64,000 nt of DNA from an uncultured Collinsella sp. (GTDB lineage: Bacteria; Actinomycetota; Coriobacteriia; Coriobacteriales; Coriobacteriaceae), in assembly GCA_900756945.1 (NCBI GenBank), contig CAAELZ010000074.1, positions 2,681 through 66,680 of the forward strand, in the 5' to 3' direction. The notes beneath the pieces are model-generated. The model worked only from the letters and a program-made list of their open reading frames with translations. It had not been told where the DNA came from and did no database searches. The position numbers were made by a program, and so were the translations under genes. Of the stretch, positions 30,578 through 40,368 are shown piece after piece (position 1 is the first letter of the stretch; every line of letters begins with the position of its first letter).

Positions 30578-30816
30578 GTGGGATGTCGTTTCCCCGGGAG
30601 GTCCCATTGGGAAACCGCATCCCGGAATTCGCCTGGATAGTGGGATGCGGTTTCCGGAAGGGCATCGTTTGGGAAACCGCGACCCGTTTTGGATGCAAAT
30701 TTTGGGATGGAGTTTCCGTTTGAGGGCCGATTTGGATAGTCTGTCCCGGTTTGGGTACCGATTCCGGGACGCAGTTTCCGCAGTAGGCCCGTTTGGGAAA
30801 CCGCGTCCCGGAATTC
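30578..30816. repeat. 62-bp-period array of alternating inverted repeats (left copy)
   Basis: GTTTCC at 30588, 30650, 30712 and 30774. GAAACC-like at 30611, 30673, 30735 and 30797. Half-site GGAAACCGCRWCCC. Confidence 0.88.
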
Positions 30817-30935
30817 GCCCGCGCCCGGTTGCTTCGAATCCCGTCCATTGGCGGAGAGTAACTTGTCTCCGATGCGCCAATGGCTTTGAGCGGTGCTGAC
30901 GCCAAGAATTGAAACTGGTGCCGCTTTCTGCTTTT

Positions 30936-31586
30936 CTACCAAACGGTGAACTGGGCGTTTTCCGTGTTCCAATGGACATCGCGAACGTAGTCTCGCACAC
31001 CCGCCGCATCTCGCGCTTCGAACAGCTCAAGAATATGAGCATGTTCGGCATTGGCTATACCTAGCAGTTTGCACGCCGTCTCCTGATCGACGGTCTCGTA
31101 ATCGCGTTTGATAAAGCAACGCTCGAGCTGAGAAATCATGTCGCGCAGACGGTCGTTGCCACATCGGTTGAAGTACGTCAGGTGAAAGTCCCGCTGAATG
31201 TCGTCGTACTTTCGGATGAGACCGCCCTGGATCGCAAGGTCCATGGATCCAACCAAAAACTTTAGCTGCATGATGTCCTCTTCGGTCAGGAGAGGACAGG
31301 CGAGGTATGCTGCCTGTCCGTCGAGCGGTCCCATAATTTCAAAGACCTCAACGGCGTTTTGTTGATCGAACCCACGGACGCGGAATCCGCGGCGGGGGAG
31401 ATTGTCCAGATAGCCGTCGCTTGCCAGCTGGATGAGCGCCTCGCGAACCGGCGTGCGCGATACGCCCATGGAGTCACAGATCGCCTGCTCGCTCACGCGG
31501 TCACCGGCCGAAAGCTCGCCGGCGTCTATGCGACTCGAAATATAGTCGTATACATGATCTTTCAAGGGCCTTCTGAGCGTTTCCAT
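30936..31586 (-). CDS. GntR/FadR-family regulator (HTH + FCD)
   Basis: GDRVSEQAI..MGVSRTPVREAL..L..DG; FH...CGN...EH in the FCD region. Confidence 0.92.
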   Translation of the reverse strand: METLRRPLKDHVYDYISSRIDAGELSAGDRVSEQAICDSMGVSRTPVREALIQLASDGYLDNLPRRGFRVRGFDQQNAVEVFEIMGPLDGQAAYLACPLLTEEDIMQLKFLVGSMDLAIQGGLIRKYDDIQRDFHLTYFNRCGNDRLRDMISQLERCFIKRDYETVDQETACKLLGIANAEHAHILELFEARDAAGVRDYVRDVHWNTENAQFTVW

Positions 31587-31733
31587 GGGCTTATATTCCT
31601 TAACTGTATATTTCTAGAATAAAATACGTTTTGCTTGAATAGGCTAATTGAATTATAGAACGGCCAGCTAAATTGCGCTACTCAATCAGGAGAAGCGAAA
31701 ATACGCTTACCGAGAATTATCTACCGTTCAGGA

Positions 31734-31750
31734 TTGTATACAATATACAA
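31734..31750. promoter_or_regulatory. Probable GntR operator
   Basis: TTGTATACAA palindrome with an overlapping TATACAA half-site in the divergent intergenic region. Confidence 0.6.
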
Positions 31751-31840
31751 AACAGCAAAGACACCCTAAGATAAAGCCATCGGAAGGAAGGCGGACGCAA
31801 GGAAGTCCGCTCAGTACTATGAGATCCAAGGAGGATCATC

Positions 31841-32617
31841 ATGACCAAGTTCAGCCACGTCATCATCCGTCGTCCCGGCAAGTCCCTGAGCAATGGCATC
31901 ACGAGCGCTCCCGAGCTTGGCCAGCCCATCTACGAGCGCGCTATCGAGGAGCACTACGATTACGAGCATGCGCTCGAGCAGTGTGGCGTTGACGTGTCGG
32001 TGCTGCCGGCGCTTGAGCAGTATCCCGACAGCTGCTTTGTCGAGGATCCGGCCGTTATCACTCGCTGCGGCGCCATCATTACCAATCCCGGTGCCGGCAG
32101 TCGCAACGGCGAGAAGGACGAGATCGAGCCGGTCGTCCGTCGCTTCTTTGACGACGAGCATGTGAAGCACATCGTTTCCCCCGGCACGCTTGACGGCGGC
32201 GACGTCATGATGGTCGGCGATCATTTCTACGTCGGTCGCTCTGCTCGCACCAACGAAGAGGGCATCCGCCAGTTCTGCGAGATTCTCGAGGGCTGGGGCC
32301 TCGAGGGCTCCGAGGTTCCGCTGGAGGAGGTCCTGCACCTCAAGACGGGCGTCAACTACATCGAGGACAACAACATGCTCGTCTCTGGTGAGTTCATCGA
32401 TAAGCCCGACTTTGCCCAGTACAACAAGATCGTCGTGCCCGAGGACGAGGCCTATGGCGCCAACTGCATCTGGGTCAACGGTGCGGTCATTGTTGCCGAG
32501 GGCTATCCGACCGTGCTCAAGGCCGTGCAGGATCTGGGTTACAAGACGCTCGTTGTCGACACCTCCGAGTATCGCAAGGTCGACGGCGGCCTCTCCTGCC
32601 TGTCGCTGCGCTTCTAA
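31841..32617 (+). CDS. N(G),N(G)-dimethylarginine dimethylaminohydrolase (amidinotransferase superfamily)
   Basis: PDSCFVED, SRNGE, LDGGDV, SARTN, LHLKT and DGGLSCLS motifs; 258 aa single domain, too short for arginine deiminase. Confidence 0.87.
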   Translation: MTKFSHVIIRRPGKSLSNGITSAPELGQPIYERAIEEHYDYEHALEQCGVDVSVLPALEQYPDSCFVEDPAVITRCGAIITNPGAGSRNGEKDEIEPVVRRFFDDEHVKHIVSPGTLDGGDVMMVGDHFYVGRSARTNEEGIRQFCEILEGWGLEGSEVPLEEVLHLKTGVNYIEDNNMLVSGEFIDKPDFAQYNKIVVPEDEAYGANCIWVNGAVIVAEGYPTVLKAVQDLGYKTLVVDTSEYRKVDGGLSCLSLRF

Positions 32618-32723
32618 TATGGCCGCTGTATGAGCTTAATGATCGCTTGACCGATGGCCCGGCACCCGATTCGGGACGTCCGGGCCATCTTTATTCGGTC
32701 GTTTAATGGAGGGGTGCACATAT

Positions 32724-34187
32724 ATGGCCTCTAAAACTTGTAACGACGAGATTATCGACCCCAATGGTCTGGATCTCTTTCGTCTGACCATGATGGTCAT
32801 CACTGCGAGCATTTGCGGCGGTATCTTTTCTCTTGCCGGCGATATGGCGGCAGGGGGAGCCAATACCGGTGCAGTTATCGTCTCGTGGGGAATTTGCTTT
32901 ATTGGCGTCTTTGCGCTGATGATGGTGTTCAACGGTCTGTCTCAGGCTCGTCCCGACCTGACCGGTGGCATCTATGCATATGCTGCGGCTGGCTTTGGCG
33001 ATTACATTGGATTCAACTCCGCTTGGGGCTACTGGATCAGCGCATGCCTTTCCAACGTGAGCTTTGCGCTCTTGCTGTTTAGCGCGCTGGGCTATTTCTT
33101 CCCTGCGTTTGGTGCGGGCAACAATCTGTTTTCCATCATCTGCGCCAGCGTGTTTCTGTGGTTCCTTACCGCTCTCGTGCTTCGCGGCGTCAAGGAGGCC
33201 GCGGGCATCAACACAATCGTCACGTTGGCGAAGCTGGTACCGCTGGGGCTCTTCGTGCTGAGCATCGTGCTCCTGGGTAAGTTCAACGCCGATATCTTTA
33301 TGGACAACTTCTGGGGCGAGCCGGCTGGTCCTGGCTTTGGCGAGCAGGTTGTCTCGACCATGATTGCGCTTGTCTGGGTCTTCACGGGCATCGAGGGCGC
33401 TGTTGTCATCTCGGGCCGTGCAAAGTATGTGCGCGACGTCGGCCGCTCGACGGCACTTGGATTTGCGGCCGTGTTCACGCTGTATCTGATTATCTCGCTG
33501 CTGTCGCTCGGCATTATGCCGCGCGCGGAGATGGCGCAGCTCGCAACGCCCTCCATGGCGGGAATTCTCGAGCGCGCAATCGGTCCGGTTGGCGCTGCCA
33601 TCGTAAACCTTGGCGTAATTCTCTCGCTGGTTGGCGCAATGCTGGGTTATGTCATCATTGCATCCGAGACGCCGTTTGAGGCGGCGCGCCAGGGTTCCTT
33701 CCCGCTGGCGTTTGCCAAGACGAACAAGCATGACGCCCCGGTGGTAACGATCCTTGTGAGCTCCGGTATTACGCAACTCTTCTTGATCGTGTCGTATGTG
33801 GCGGCAAGCACCTACCAGTTCTTCTATAGCTGCACGGTCAACACGATTCTGGTTCCGTATGTCTGCTCGGCTGCCTATTACATGGTGATCGGCTGGAAGA
33901 ACGAGCATCTGGACGGGCCGCATGCGCCAAGCGTCGGCAAGGCACGCTTCTTCGGTACGCTCGGCTTTATTTATACGCTGTTCCTGGTGTGGTCGACGGG
34001 TCTCCAGGGCGTCATGATTACGACGATTCTTTTTGCTCCGGCCATTCCCGTTTATATTCTGGGCGAGCGTGGCCGCGGCAAGCAGGTGCTTCCGCATCTG
34101 CACGACAAGTTGATCGCGGCGGTGGTTATTGTCGTGGCGGTTATCTCGCTGTATCTGCATTTTGCCGGCATTGCGCCGATTGTCTAA
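32724..34187 (+). CDS. APC-superfamily basic amino acid antiporter (ArcD-like)
   Basis: GGIFSL, GGIYAYA..GFG.YIGF.SAWGYW, WVFTGIEGA and PSMAG motifs. Confidence 0.88.
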   Translation: MASKTCNDEIIDPNGLDLFRLTMMVITASICGGIFSLAGDMAAGGANTGAVIVSWGICFIGVFALMMVFNGLSQARPDLTGGIYAYAAAGFGDYIGFNSAWGYWISACLSNVSFALLLFSALGYFFPAFGAGNNLFSIICASVFLWFLTALVLRGVKEAAGINTIVTLAKLVPLGLFVLSIVLLGKFNADIFMDNFWGEPAGPGFGEQVVSTMIALVWVFTGIEGAVVISGRAKYVRDVGRSTALGFAAVFTLYLIISLLSLGIMPRAEMAQLATPSMAGILERAIGPVGAAIVNLGVILSLVGAMLGYVIIASETPFEAARQGSFPLAFAKTNKHDAPVVTILVSSGITQLFLIVSYVAASTYQFFYSCTVNTILVPYVCSAAYYMVIGWKNEHLDGPHAPSVGKARFFGTLGFIYTLFLVWSTGLQGVMITTILFAPAIPVYILGERGRGKQVLPHLHDKLIAAVVIVVAVISLYLHFAGIAPIV

Positions 34188-34347
34188 GACTATGGCGAAC
34201 TCCATTGCTTGGTAAGCCGGCGGGCATCGCATATCGATGTCGTCTGGCATTCCATAACTGATGTGGGTCTCTATTACGTGCCTTTGTGAGCACCCACCAA
34301 GCCCGTGCAGGTGACAGTTGTTGCCAGCGCGGGCTTTTGCGGTTGCG

Positions 34348-34556
34348 GAGGAAACTACGTCCCGTTTCAAGCGCAAATTCTGGGCTGCTGTTTCCCCTGA
34401 GCGCCCAAAGCGGAAACTGCATCCCGGAATTCGTCGGAATAGTGGGATGCGGTTTCCGGAATGGTGTCCTCTGGGAAACCGCAACCCGTTTTGGACGCAA
34501 ATTCTGGGACGTAGTTTCCACGGCAGGCCCGTCTGGGAAACCGCGACCCGGAATTA
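34348..34556. repeat. 62-bp-period array of alternating inverted repeats (right copy)
   Basis: GAAAC at 34351, 34413, 34475 and 34537. GTTTCC at 34390, 34452 and 34514. Spacers align with the 30578-30816 array. Confidence 0.88.
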
Positions 34557-34721
34557 GTCTGCATGGTCGCTCGGCATCCCGCCCATTGATGCAATGGGGA
34601 CAGAAAACTTTGCAGCAATCTGTTGATTGAACGTCGTTGTGTGCCCGCAGTTTCTGGGCAAGCCGTCTCGCAGCAAAGTAGACTAGATGCCATTTCAAAA
34701 GGTCTGCTTAGAGGAGGAGCC

Positions 34722-35042
34722 ATGCTTGAGGGTACGTATGTGGTTTTGGCCCAGACGCCGGTGGGGAGCAAGCGCGGCGAGGTGACGTTTTCACATGGGG
34801 TGAACGGCGCGCTCAGGGCAGTACTAAACGTCAGGGGTCTCAATATCGCTCTCTCGGGTGCCCGCGCTGAGTGCGATTTCTTTGAGCTCTCGGGTACTAT
34901 CTCCCACGTCTTGATGGGCAAGGCGCCCTTTACATGCACGGGGTCGGTTGAGGGTGATCGACTCACTGCTACCGCGCGGTCGGGTTCCATTTCGATCTCG
35001 CTGAGCGGTATGCGCAAAGAGCTTTCGGGGCGCACCGCATAA
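34722..35042 (+). CDS. Hypothetical small beta-rich protein (106 aa)
   Basis: GAGGAGG RBS, then MLEGTYVVLAQTPVG; alternating hydrophobic pattern. Confidence 0.6.
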   Translation: MLEGTYVVLAQTPVGSKRGEVTFSHGVNGALRAVLNVRGLNIALSGARAECDFFELSGTISHVLMGKAPFTCTGSVEGDRLTATARSGSISISLSGMRKELSGRTA

Positions 35043-35163
35043 AGTTTGCGCAGGTAAACATCGGTATTTGACTTTATAAAATAGTTCAGAGCGCTATCAT
35101 TTGTCGTTACGAGTTGGTTAGCCCCGGTAAACGGTTAACCGCGTCTAACGAAAGGATGAGCGC

Positions 35164-37524
35164 GTGAAGCTCGATACACTCGAGATTGGAAAGGACGCCG
35201 TTGTCGCATCGGTGGCATCGGACGATCAGGCACTCCGACAGCATATTTTGGACATGGGCCTAACGCCGGGCACCGAAGTCACCATGATGAAGTACGCCCC
35301 CATGGGCGACCCGCTCGAGATCCGCCTGCGTGGCTACGAGTTGACACTGCGCAAGGACGATGCCGCTCGCATCGAGCTTGTGGGTATTCACGACACCGAT
35401 ACGGGTCCGCGCGCTAACGCCGCAATCGGCACGACGGAGCATCCGGCCCTGGGCGAGGGGACGTATTCGCCCCGTGCGGCAAAGACGGCCGTGCCCGAGG
35501 GCGCGCCGCTGCACTTTGCCCTCGCCGGCAACCAAAACTGCGGCAAGACCACGTTATTCAACCAGCTGACGGGCTCCAACCAGCATGTCGGTAACTTTCC
35601 CGGCGTGACGGTCGACCGCAAGGACGGCACTATCCGTAACCACCCCGAGGCGAGCGTTACCGACTTGCCCGGTATTTACTCGTTGTCGCCGTACACGGGC
35701 GAAGAAATCGTCAGCCGCCAATTCATCTTGGACGAAGACCCCGACGCCATCATCGATATCATCGACGCCACCAATATCGAGCGCAACCTGTACCTGACGC
35801 TGCAGCTTATGGAGCTCGACTGCCCCATGGTCATCGCGCTCAACATGATGGACGAGGTGACGGCCAACGGCGGCGCCGTGGACGTCAACCTGCTCGAGAG
35901 CCTGTTGGGCGTGCCTGTTGTCCCCATTAGCGCTGCCCGCAACGAGGGTATCGGCGAGCTGGTGGATCATGCCTTGCACGTGGCGCGGTTCCGCGAGCGC
36001 CCCGGTCGCCTGGACTTCTGCGCGCCCGATGGCTCGGACGGTGGTGCACTGCATCGCTGCATCCACGGCATTGCCAACCTTATCGAGGACCATGCCGTGA
36101 CGGCGCACATCCCGGTGCGCTTTGCAGCGACCAAGCTGGTTGAGGGCGACGAGCTGGTGACCGAGGCGCTTCACCTGGATCGCAACGAGCTCGACGCTAT
36201 CGAGCACATCATTACCCAGATGGAGGGCGAGGCCGGCACCGACCGCCTGTCCGCGCTGGCCGATATGCGCTTTAGCTTTATCGGCGACGTGTGCGGGCGT
36301 TGCGTCGTCAAGCCGCACGAGAGCCGCGAGCACGTGCGCTCCGTCAAGATCGACCGCATCCTGACGGGTCGCTATACGGCCATCCCGGCGTTCCTGGTGA
36401 TCATGGGCCTCGTTTTTTGGCTGACGTTTGGCGTGATCGGCGCGGCGTTGCAGGGACTTATGGAGGACGGCATCGCTGCCATCATCGCCTCGGCCGATGC
36501 GGGCCTCAAGGCGTTTGGAACCAACGACGTGGTGCGCTCGCTGGCTGTCGACGGCGTGCTTACGGGCGTGGGCAGCGTGCTGACCTTCCTGCCGATTATC
36601 GTCGTGCTCTTCTTGTTCCTTTCCATTCTGGAAGACTCCGGATACATGGCGCGCGTGGCCTTTGTCATGGATAAAGTGCTGCGTCGCTTTGGCCTGTCGG
36701 GCCGCAGCTTCGTGCCCATGCTCGTCGGTTTTGGCTGCACCGTGCCGGCTATCATGTCGACGCGCACGCTGCCGTCCGAGCACGACCGCAAGATGACGGT
36801 CATGCTCACGCCGTTTATGAGTTGCTCGGCCAAGCTGCCGGTTTACGGCTTGCTGTGCGGAGCATTTTTCCCGCAGGCGACGGTCCCCGCCATGGTCTCG
36901 CTCTATCTGATTGGCATTGCGGTCGGTTGCATCGCGGCTTTGGTGCTCAACCGCACGGCATTTAAGGGCGACCCGGTTCCGTTTATCATGGAGCTTCCCA
37001 ATTACCGCCTGCCGAGCGTCAAGACGACGGTGATGCTGGCATGGGATAAGGCCAAGGACTTCATCACCAAGGCCTTTACCATTATCTTTGCCGCTACGGT
37101 GGTCATCTGGTTCCTGCAGACGTTCGATATCCGCTTTAACGTGGTCGCCGACCAGTCGCAAAGCCTGCTTGCGGGCCTCGGCAGCATCATCGCGCCGGTG
37201 TTGGCCCCGCTCGGTTTTGGCGACTGGCGCGCCTCGACGGCACTTGTCACGGGACTCATTGCCAAGGAGAGCGTCATCTCGACGCTCACGGTGCTTTTGG
37301 GCGCAACCTCTCCCGCGGCACTGTCAGCCATGTTTTCGCCGTTTACCGCTTACGTGTTCTTGGTCTTTACGCTGCTGTACCCGCCGTGCGTGGCGTCCAT
37401 CGGCGCCGTCAAGAGCGAGCTGGGCGCGCGCTATGCCGTGGCCGTATTCGCGTTTCAGGTGACGGTCGCCTGGATCGTGGCGTTTGTCGTGCATTCGGCG
37501 GGCATATTGCTGGGGTTGGCTTAG
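35164..37524 (+). CDS. feoB: Ferrous iron transporter, FeoA-FeoB fusion
   Basis: N-terminal FeoA (DMGLTPG, APMGDP). G motifs GNQNCGKT, GNFPGVT, DLPG and NMMD. EDSGYMAR, PFMSCSAK and ELPNYR. Confidence 0.95.
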   Translation: MKLDTLEIGKDAVVASVASDDQALRQHILDMGLTPGTEVTMMKYAPMGDPLEIRLRGYELTLRKDDAARIELVGIHDTDTGPRANAAIGTTEHPALGEGTYSPRAAKTAVPEGAPLHFALAGNQNCGKTTLFNQLTGSNQHVGNFPGVTVDRKDGTIRNHPEASVTDLPGIYSLSPYTGEEIVSRQFILDEDPDAIIDIIDATNIERNLYLTLQLMELDCPMVIALNMMDEVTANGGAVDVNLLESLLGVPVVPISAARNEGIGELVDHALHVARFRERPGRLDFCAPDGSDGGALHRCIHGIANLIEDHAVTAHIPVRFAATKLVEGDELVTEALHLDRNELDAIEHIITQMEGEAGTDRLSALADMRFSFIGDVCGRCVVKPHESREHVRSVKIDRILTGRYTAIPAFLVIMGLVFWLTFGVIGAALQGLMEDGIAAIIASADAGLKAFGTNDVVRSLAVDGVLTGVGSVLTFLPIIVVLFLFLSILEDSGYMARVAFVMDKVLRRFGLSGRSFVPMLVGFGCTVPAIMSTRTLPSEHDRKMTVMLTPFMSCSAKLPVYGLLCGAFFPQATVPAMVSLYLIGIAVGCIAALVLNRTAFKGDPVPFIMELPNYRLPSVKTTVMLAWDKAKDFITKAFTIIFAATVVIWFLQTFDIRFNVVADQSQSLLAGLGSIIAPVLAPLGFGDWRASTALVTGLIAKESVISTLTVLLGATSPAALSAMFSPFTAYVFLVFTLLYPPCVASIGAVKSELGARYAVAVFAFQVTVAWIVAFVVHSAGILLGLA

Positions 37525-37647
37525 CTATTTATTGACGGCGCAACCCCTGTGTATTGAGTTGATTGCGGCCCCGCATCTGTACTGACGGATGCGGGGCCGT
37601 TGCTATATAATCGCCCATCGCTCAAGACAATCGGAGAGGGTTCCTAC

Positions 37648-38835
37648 ATGACTCAGGCAAGACAAGATGGCATCTCGCTCAAGCAGTGGCTCCCGCTTAT
37701 CGGGCTCGCCTGCTGTGCGTTCGTGTTCAACACGTCGGAGTTCATGCCCATCGGCCTTCTGACTGATATCGCCGCGTCGTTCTCGCTCACCGAGGCCCAG
37801 GCAGGCATCATGATCTCGGTCTATGCTTGGGGCGTCATGCTGCTGTCGCTGCCACTCATGGTGTTTGCCTCGCGCTTTGAGTTCAAGCGTATGCTGCTCG
37901 CCGTGTTTTCTCTGGGTCAGTTCCTGTCCGCTGTGGCACCGACATATCCCATCCTGGTCTGTGCGCGCCTGGTGGTCGCTTGCGCACATGCCGTGTTCTG
38001 GTCGGTCGCCTCGATTATGGCCTCGCGCCTGGTCGACAGTCGCCACGGGGCGCTCGCCATTAGCATGATCGCCACGGGCTCGTCCATCGCGCAGATCTTT
38101 GGCCTGCCGATCGGCCGCGCCATCGGACTGGCCGTGGGCTGGCGCATGACATTCGCCGCGGTCGGGGCCCTCTCGGCTGTCGCGGTTGTCTACCAGGCCG
38201 CGGTGTTCCCGGCCATGCCGGCGGGCGAGCGCTTTACCGTCAAACAGCTGCCCGAGCTGCTCAAGAACCCGTTCCTGATTGCGCTCTACGCGGTCACGGT
38301 CTTTATGGCGACCGGCTATTATGCGGGTTACAGCTATATCGAGCCGTTCCTGGCGCAGGTCGCGCACGTCGACGCAAGCGCTATTACCATGACGCTGACG
38401 GCGTTTGGCTGCTCTGGTCTGCTCGGAAGCTGGCTGTTTGGCCGCCTGTTCGATGGGCATCGCTTCCCGTTCTTGGCTATCACGCTCTCCGGCGTGCCGG
38501 TGGCTCTGCTGCTCGTGGGTCCGGTCGCATCGTCGCTCGTAGCAGTGCTTGCCGTCTGCGCGCTATGGGGCTGCTGCTCCACGGCCTTTAACGTTGCGTT
38601 CCAGGCCGAGCTCATCAAGTACACGCCGGCGGATTCGTCGGCCGTCGCCATGTCGATCTTCTCGGGCCTGTTTAACCTCGGTATCGGTACGGGCACCGCA
38701 ATCGGCGGCGCCGTGGTTTCGGGTCCCGGTATCGCTTGGATTGGCTTTGCGGGCGGGGCGATTACCGTCGTGGGCGTCATCCTTGCCATCACCGTACTGT
38801 TCCCAGCCATACGCCGCGCAAAGCCCGTCGCCTAA
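37648..38835 (+). CDS. MFS transporter (DHA1/SotB-like efflux)
   Basis: FNTSEFMPIGLL, HAVFWS, GWRMTF and YSYIEPF motifs; about 12 TM helices. Confidence 0.85.
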   Translation: MTQARQDGISLKQWLPLIGLACCAFVFNTSEFMPIGLLTDIAASFSLTEAQAGIMISVYAWGVMLLSLPLMVFASRFEFKRMLLAVFSLGQFLSAVAPTYPILVCARLVVACAHAVFWSVASIMASRLVDSRHGALAISMIATGSSIAQIFGLPIGRAIGLAVGWRMTFAAVGALSAVAVVYQAAVFPAMPAGERFTVKQLPELLKNPFLIALYAVTVFMATGYYAGYSYIEPFLAQVAHVDASAITMTLTAFGCSGLLGSWLFGRLFDGHRFPFLAITLSGVPVALLLVGPVASSLVAVLAVCALWGCCSTAFNVAFQAELIKYTPADSSAVAMSIFSGLFNLGIGTGTAIGGAVVSGPGIAWIGFAGGAITVVGVILAITVLFPAIRRAKPVA

Positions 38836-38988
38836 TCACGTCCCCTCATCAGCTGCGGTGGAATAGCTCCTGTTTAAGGCCTCTGAAGGCCCAAGCAGGA
38901 ATTATTTCACCGCAACTTATTTTGGGGGAGAGGATACAAGCCGGGCATACAATGGATATCGTTGTGTTGAGCTTACCGGGAGGTTGCT

Positions 38989-40365
38989 ATGTGGGCATAC
39001 GAGACGACGTTCTATCAGATCTATCCGCTGGGCTTTTGCGGAGCTCCGCGCGAAAACGCCGCTCCCGTTGCCGAGGATGAACTCGCCCAGGCTGTCAACG
39101 CTGCGCCCAACCCCGATGCACCCATCATGAAGATCGCCCAATGGGCTGACTACCTGCAAGAACTCGGCGTTGGCGCTGTGCTCATCAACCCGCCGCTCGA
39201 ATCCGACAGCCACGGCTACGATACGCGCAGCCTGCGCCATGTCGACCGCCGCCTGGGCGGGGATGCCGATTTTGCCGCCGTATGCGAGACGCTGCACGCC
39301 CATGGCATCCGTGTGGTGCTCGATGCGGTCTTCAACCACGTCGGCCGCGGCTTCTGGGCCTTCCGTGATGTGCAGGAGCGTAAGTGGGACTCGCCGTACA
39401 AGGACTGGTTCCACATTAGCTTTGACGGCGACTCCTGCTATGGCGACGGCTTTTGGTACGAGGGTTGGGAAGGCCATTTTGAACTTGTGAAGCTCAACCT
39501 GCAAAATCCCGCTGTGGTCGATTACCTGCTCGAGTCCGTGCGCCGTTGGGCTGACGTGTTTGGCGTCGACGGCCTGCGCCTGGACGTTGCCTATATGCTC
39601 GACCGCGACTTCATGCGTCGTCTGCATACCTTTACCCGCGAGCTCAAGCCCGATTTTGTGCTGATCGGCGAGACGCTCCACGGCGACTACAACCAGATCG
39701 TCAACGACGAGATGCTTGACTCCTGCACCAACTACGAGTGCTACAAGGGCCTGTACTCCAGCTTTAACTCGGTCAACATGTTCGAGATTGCCCATTCGCT
39801 GCATCGCCAGTTTGGCGGCGATCCGTGGTGCATCTACCGCGGCAAACACCTGCTGTCGTTTGTCGACAACCACGACGTGCCGCGCCTGGCGAGCATCCTC
39901 ACCGACAAGTCGTGCCTGCGTCCCGCCTATGGCATGCTCTTTGGCATGCCGGGCATTCCGTGTGTCTACTATGGCAGCGAGTGGGGAATTGCCGGCGAAA
40001 AGGGCGGCCCCGATGGCGACTGGGCGCTGCGACCTGCGCTCGATGAGCCTGCGCCCAACGAGCTGACGGCGTTCATCACGCAGCTTGCGCACCTTCGCTC
40101 GGCCGACGACGCGGCGGCCCGTGCTCTCAACTACGGTGCCTATCGCAACGTGGTGATCCAGAACAAGCAGCTGCTGTTCGAGCGCGCCTGTGACGGCGCG
40201 ACGGTGCTCGTGGCGGTGAACGCCGTGGGCGAGCCTTACACCTTTGGCGCCGGCGAGCTCAACGGGTCCTTTGTCGACCTGCTTGCCGATGGCGTGCCCA
40301 CGGTCGAGCTGGCTGGCTCCCTTGAGCTTGCGCCCTACGAGGTGCGCTATCTGTTGAGGGCCTAG
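38989..40365 (+). CDS. GH13 alpha-amylase family glycosidase
   Basis: FYQIYP, SHGYD, LDAVFNH, DGLRLDVA, IGE, FVDNHD and YYGSE motifs. Confidence 0.9.
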   Translation: MWAYETTFYQIYPLGFCGAPRENAAPVAEDELAQAVNAAPNPDAPIMKIAQWADYLQELGVGAVLINPPLESDSHGYDTRSLRHVDRRLGGDADFAAVCETLHAHGIRVVLDAVFNHVGRGFWAFRDVQERKWDSPYKDWFHISFDGDSCYGDGFWYEGWEGHFELVKLNLQNPAVVDYLLESVRRWADVFGVDGLRLDVAYMLDRDFMRRLHTFTRELKPDFVLIGETLHGDYNQIVNDEMLDSCTNYECYKGLYSSFNSVNMFEIAHSLHRQFGGDPWCIYRGKHLLSFVDNHDVPRLASILTDKSCLRPAYGMLFGMPGIPCVYYGSEWGIAGEKGGPDGDWALRPALDEPAPNELTAFITQLAHLRSADDAAARALNYGAYRNVVIQNKQLLFERACDGATVLVAVNAVGEPYTFGAGELNGSFVDLLADGVPTVELAGSLELAPYEVRYLLRA

Positions 40366-40368
40366 GCC

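Noticed and set aside
30578..30816. 62-bp and 80-bp arrays as CRISPR
   Set aside because: The repeats alternate in orientation and are short and degenerate, the spacers are homologous between the two 62-bp arrays, and no cas genes are present.
30560..31051. ORFs running through the repeat arrays (also 34141-34698)
   Set aside because: Their translations simply mirror the DNA repeat and they overlap real genes.
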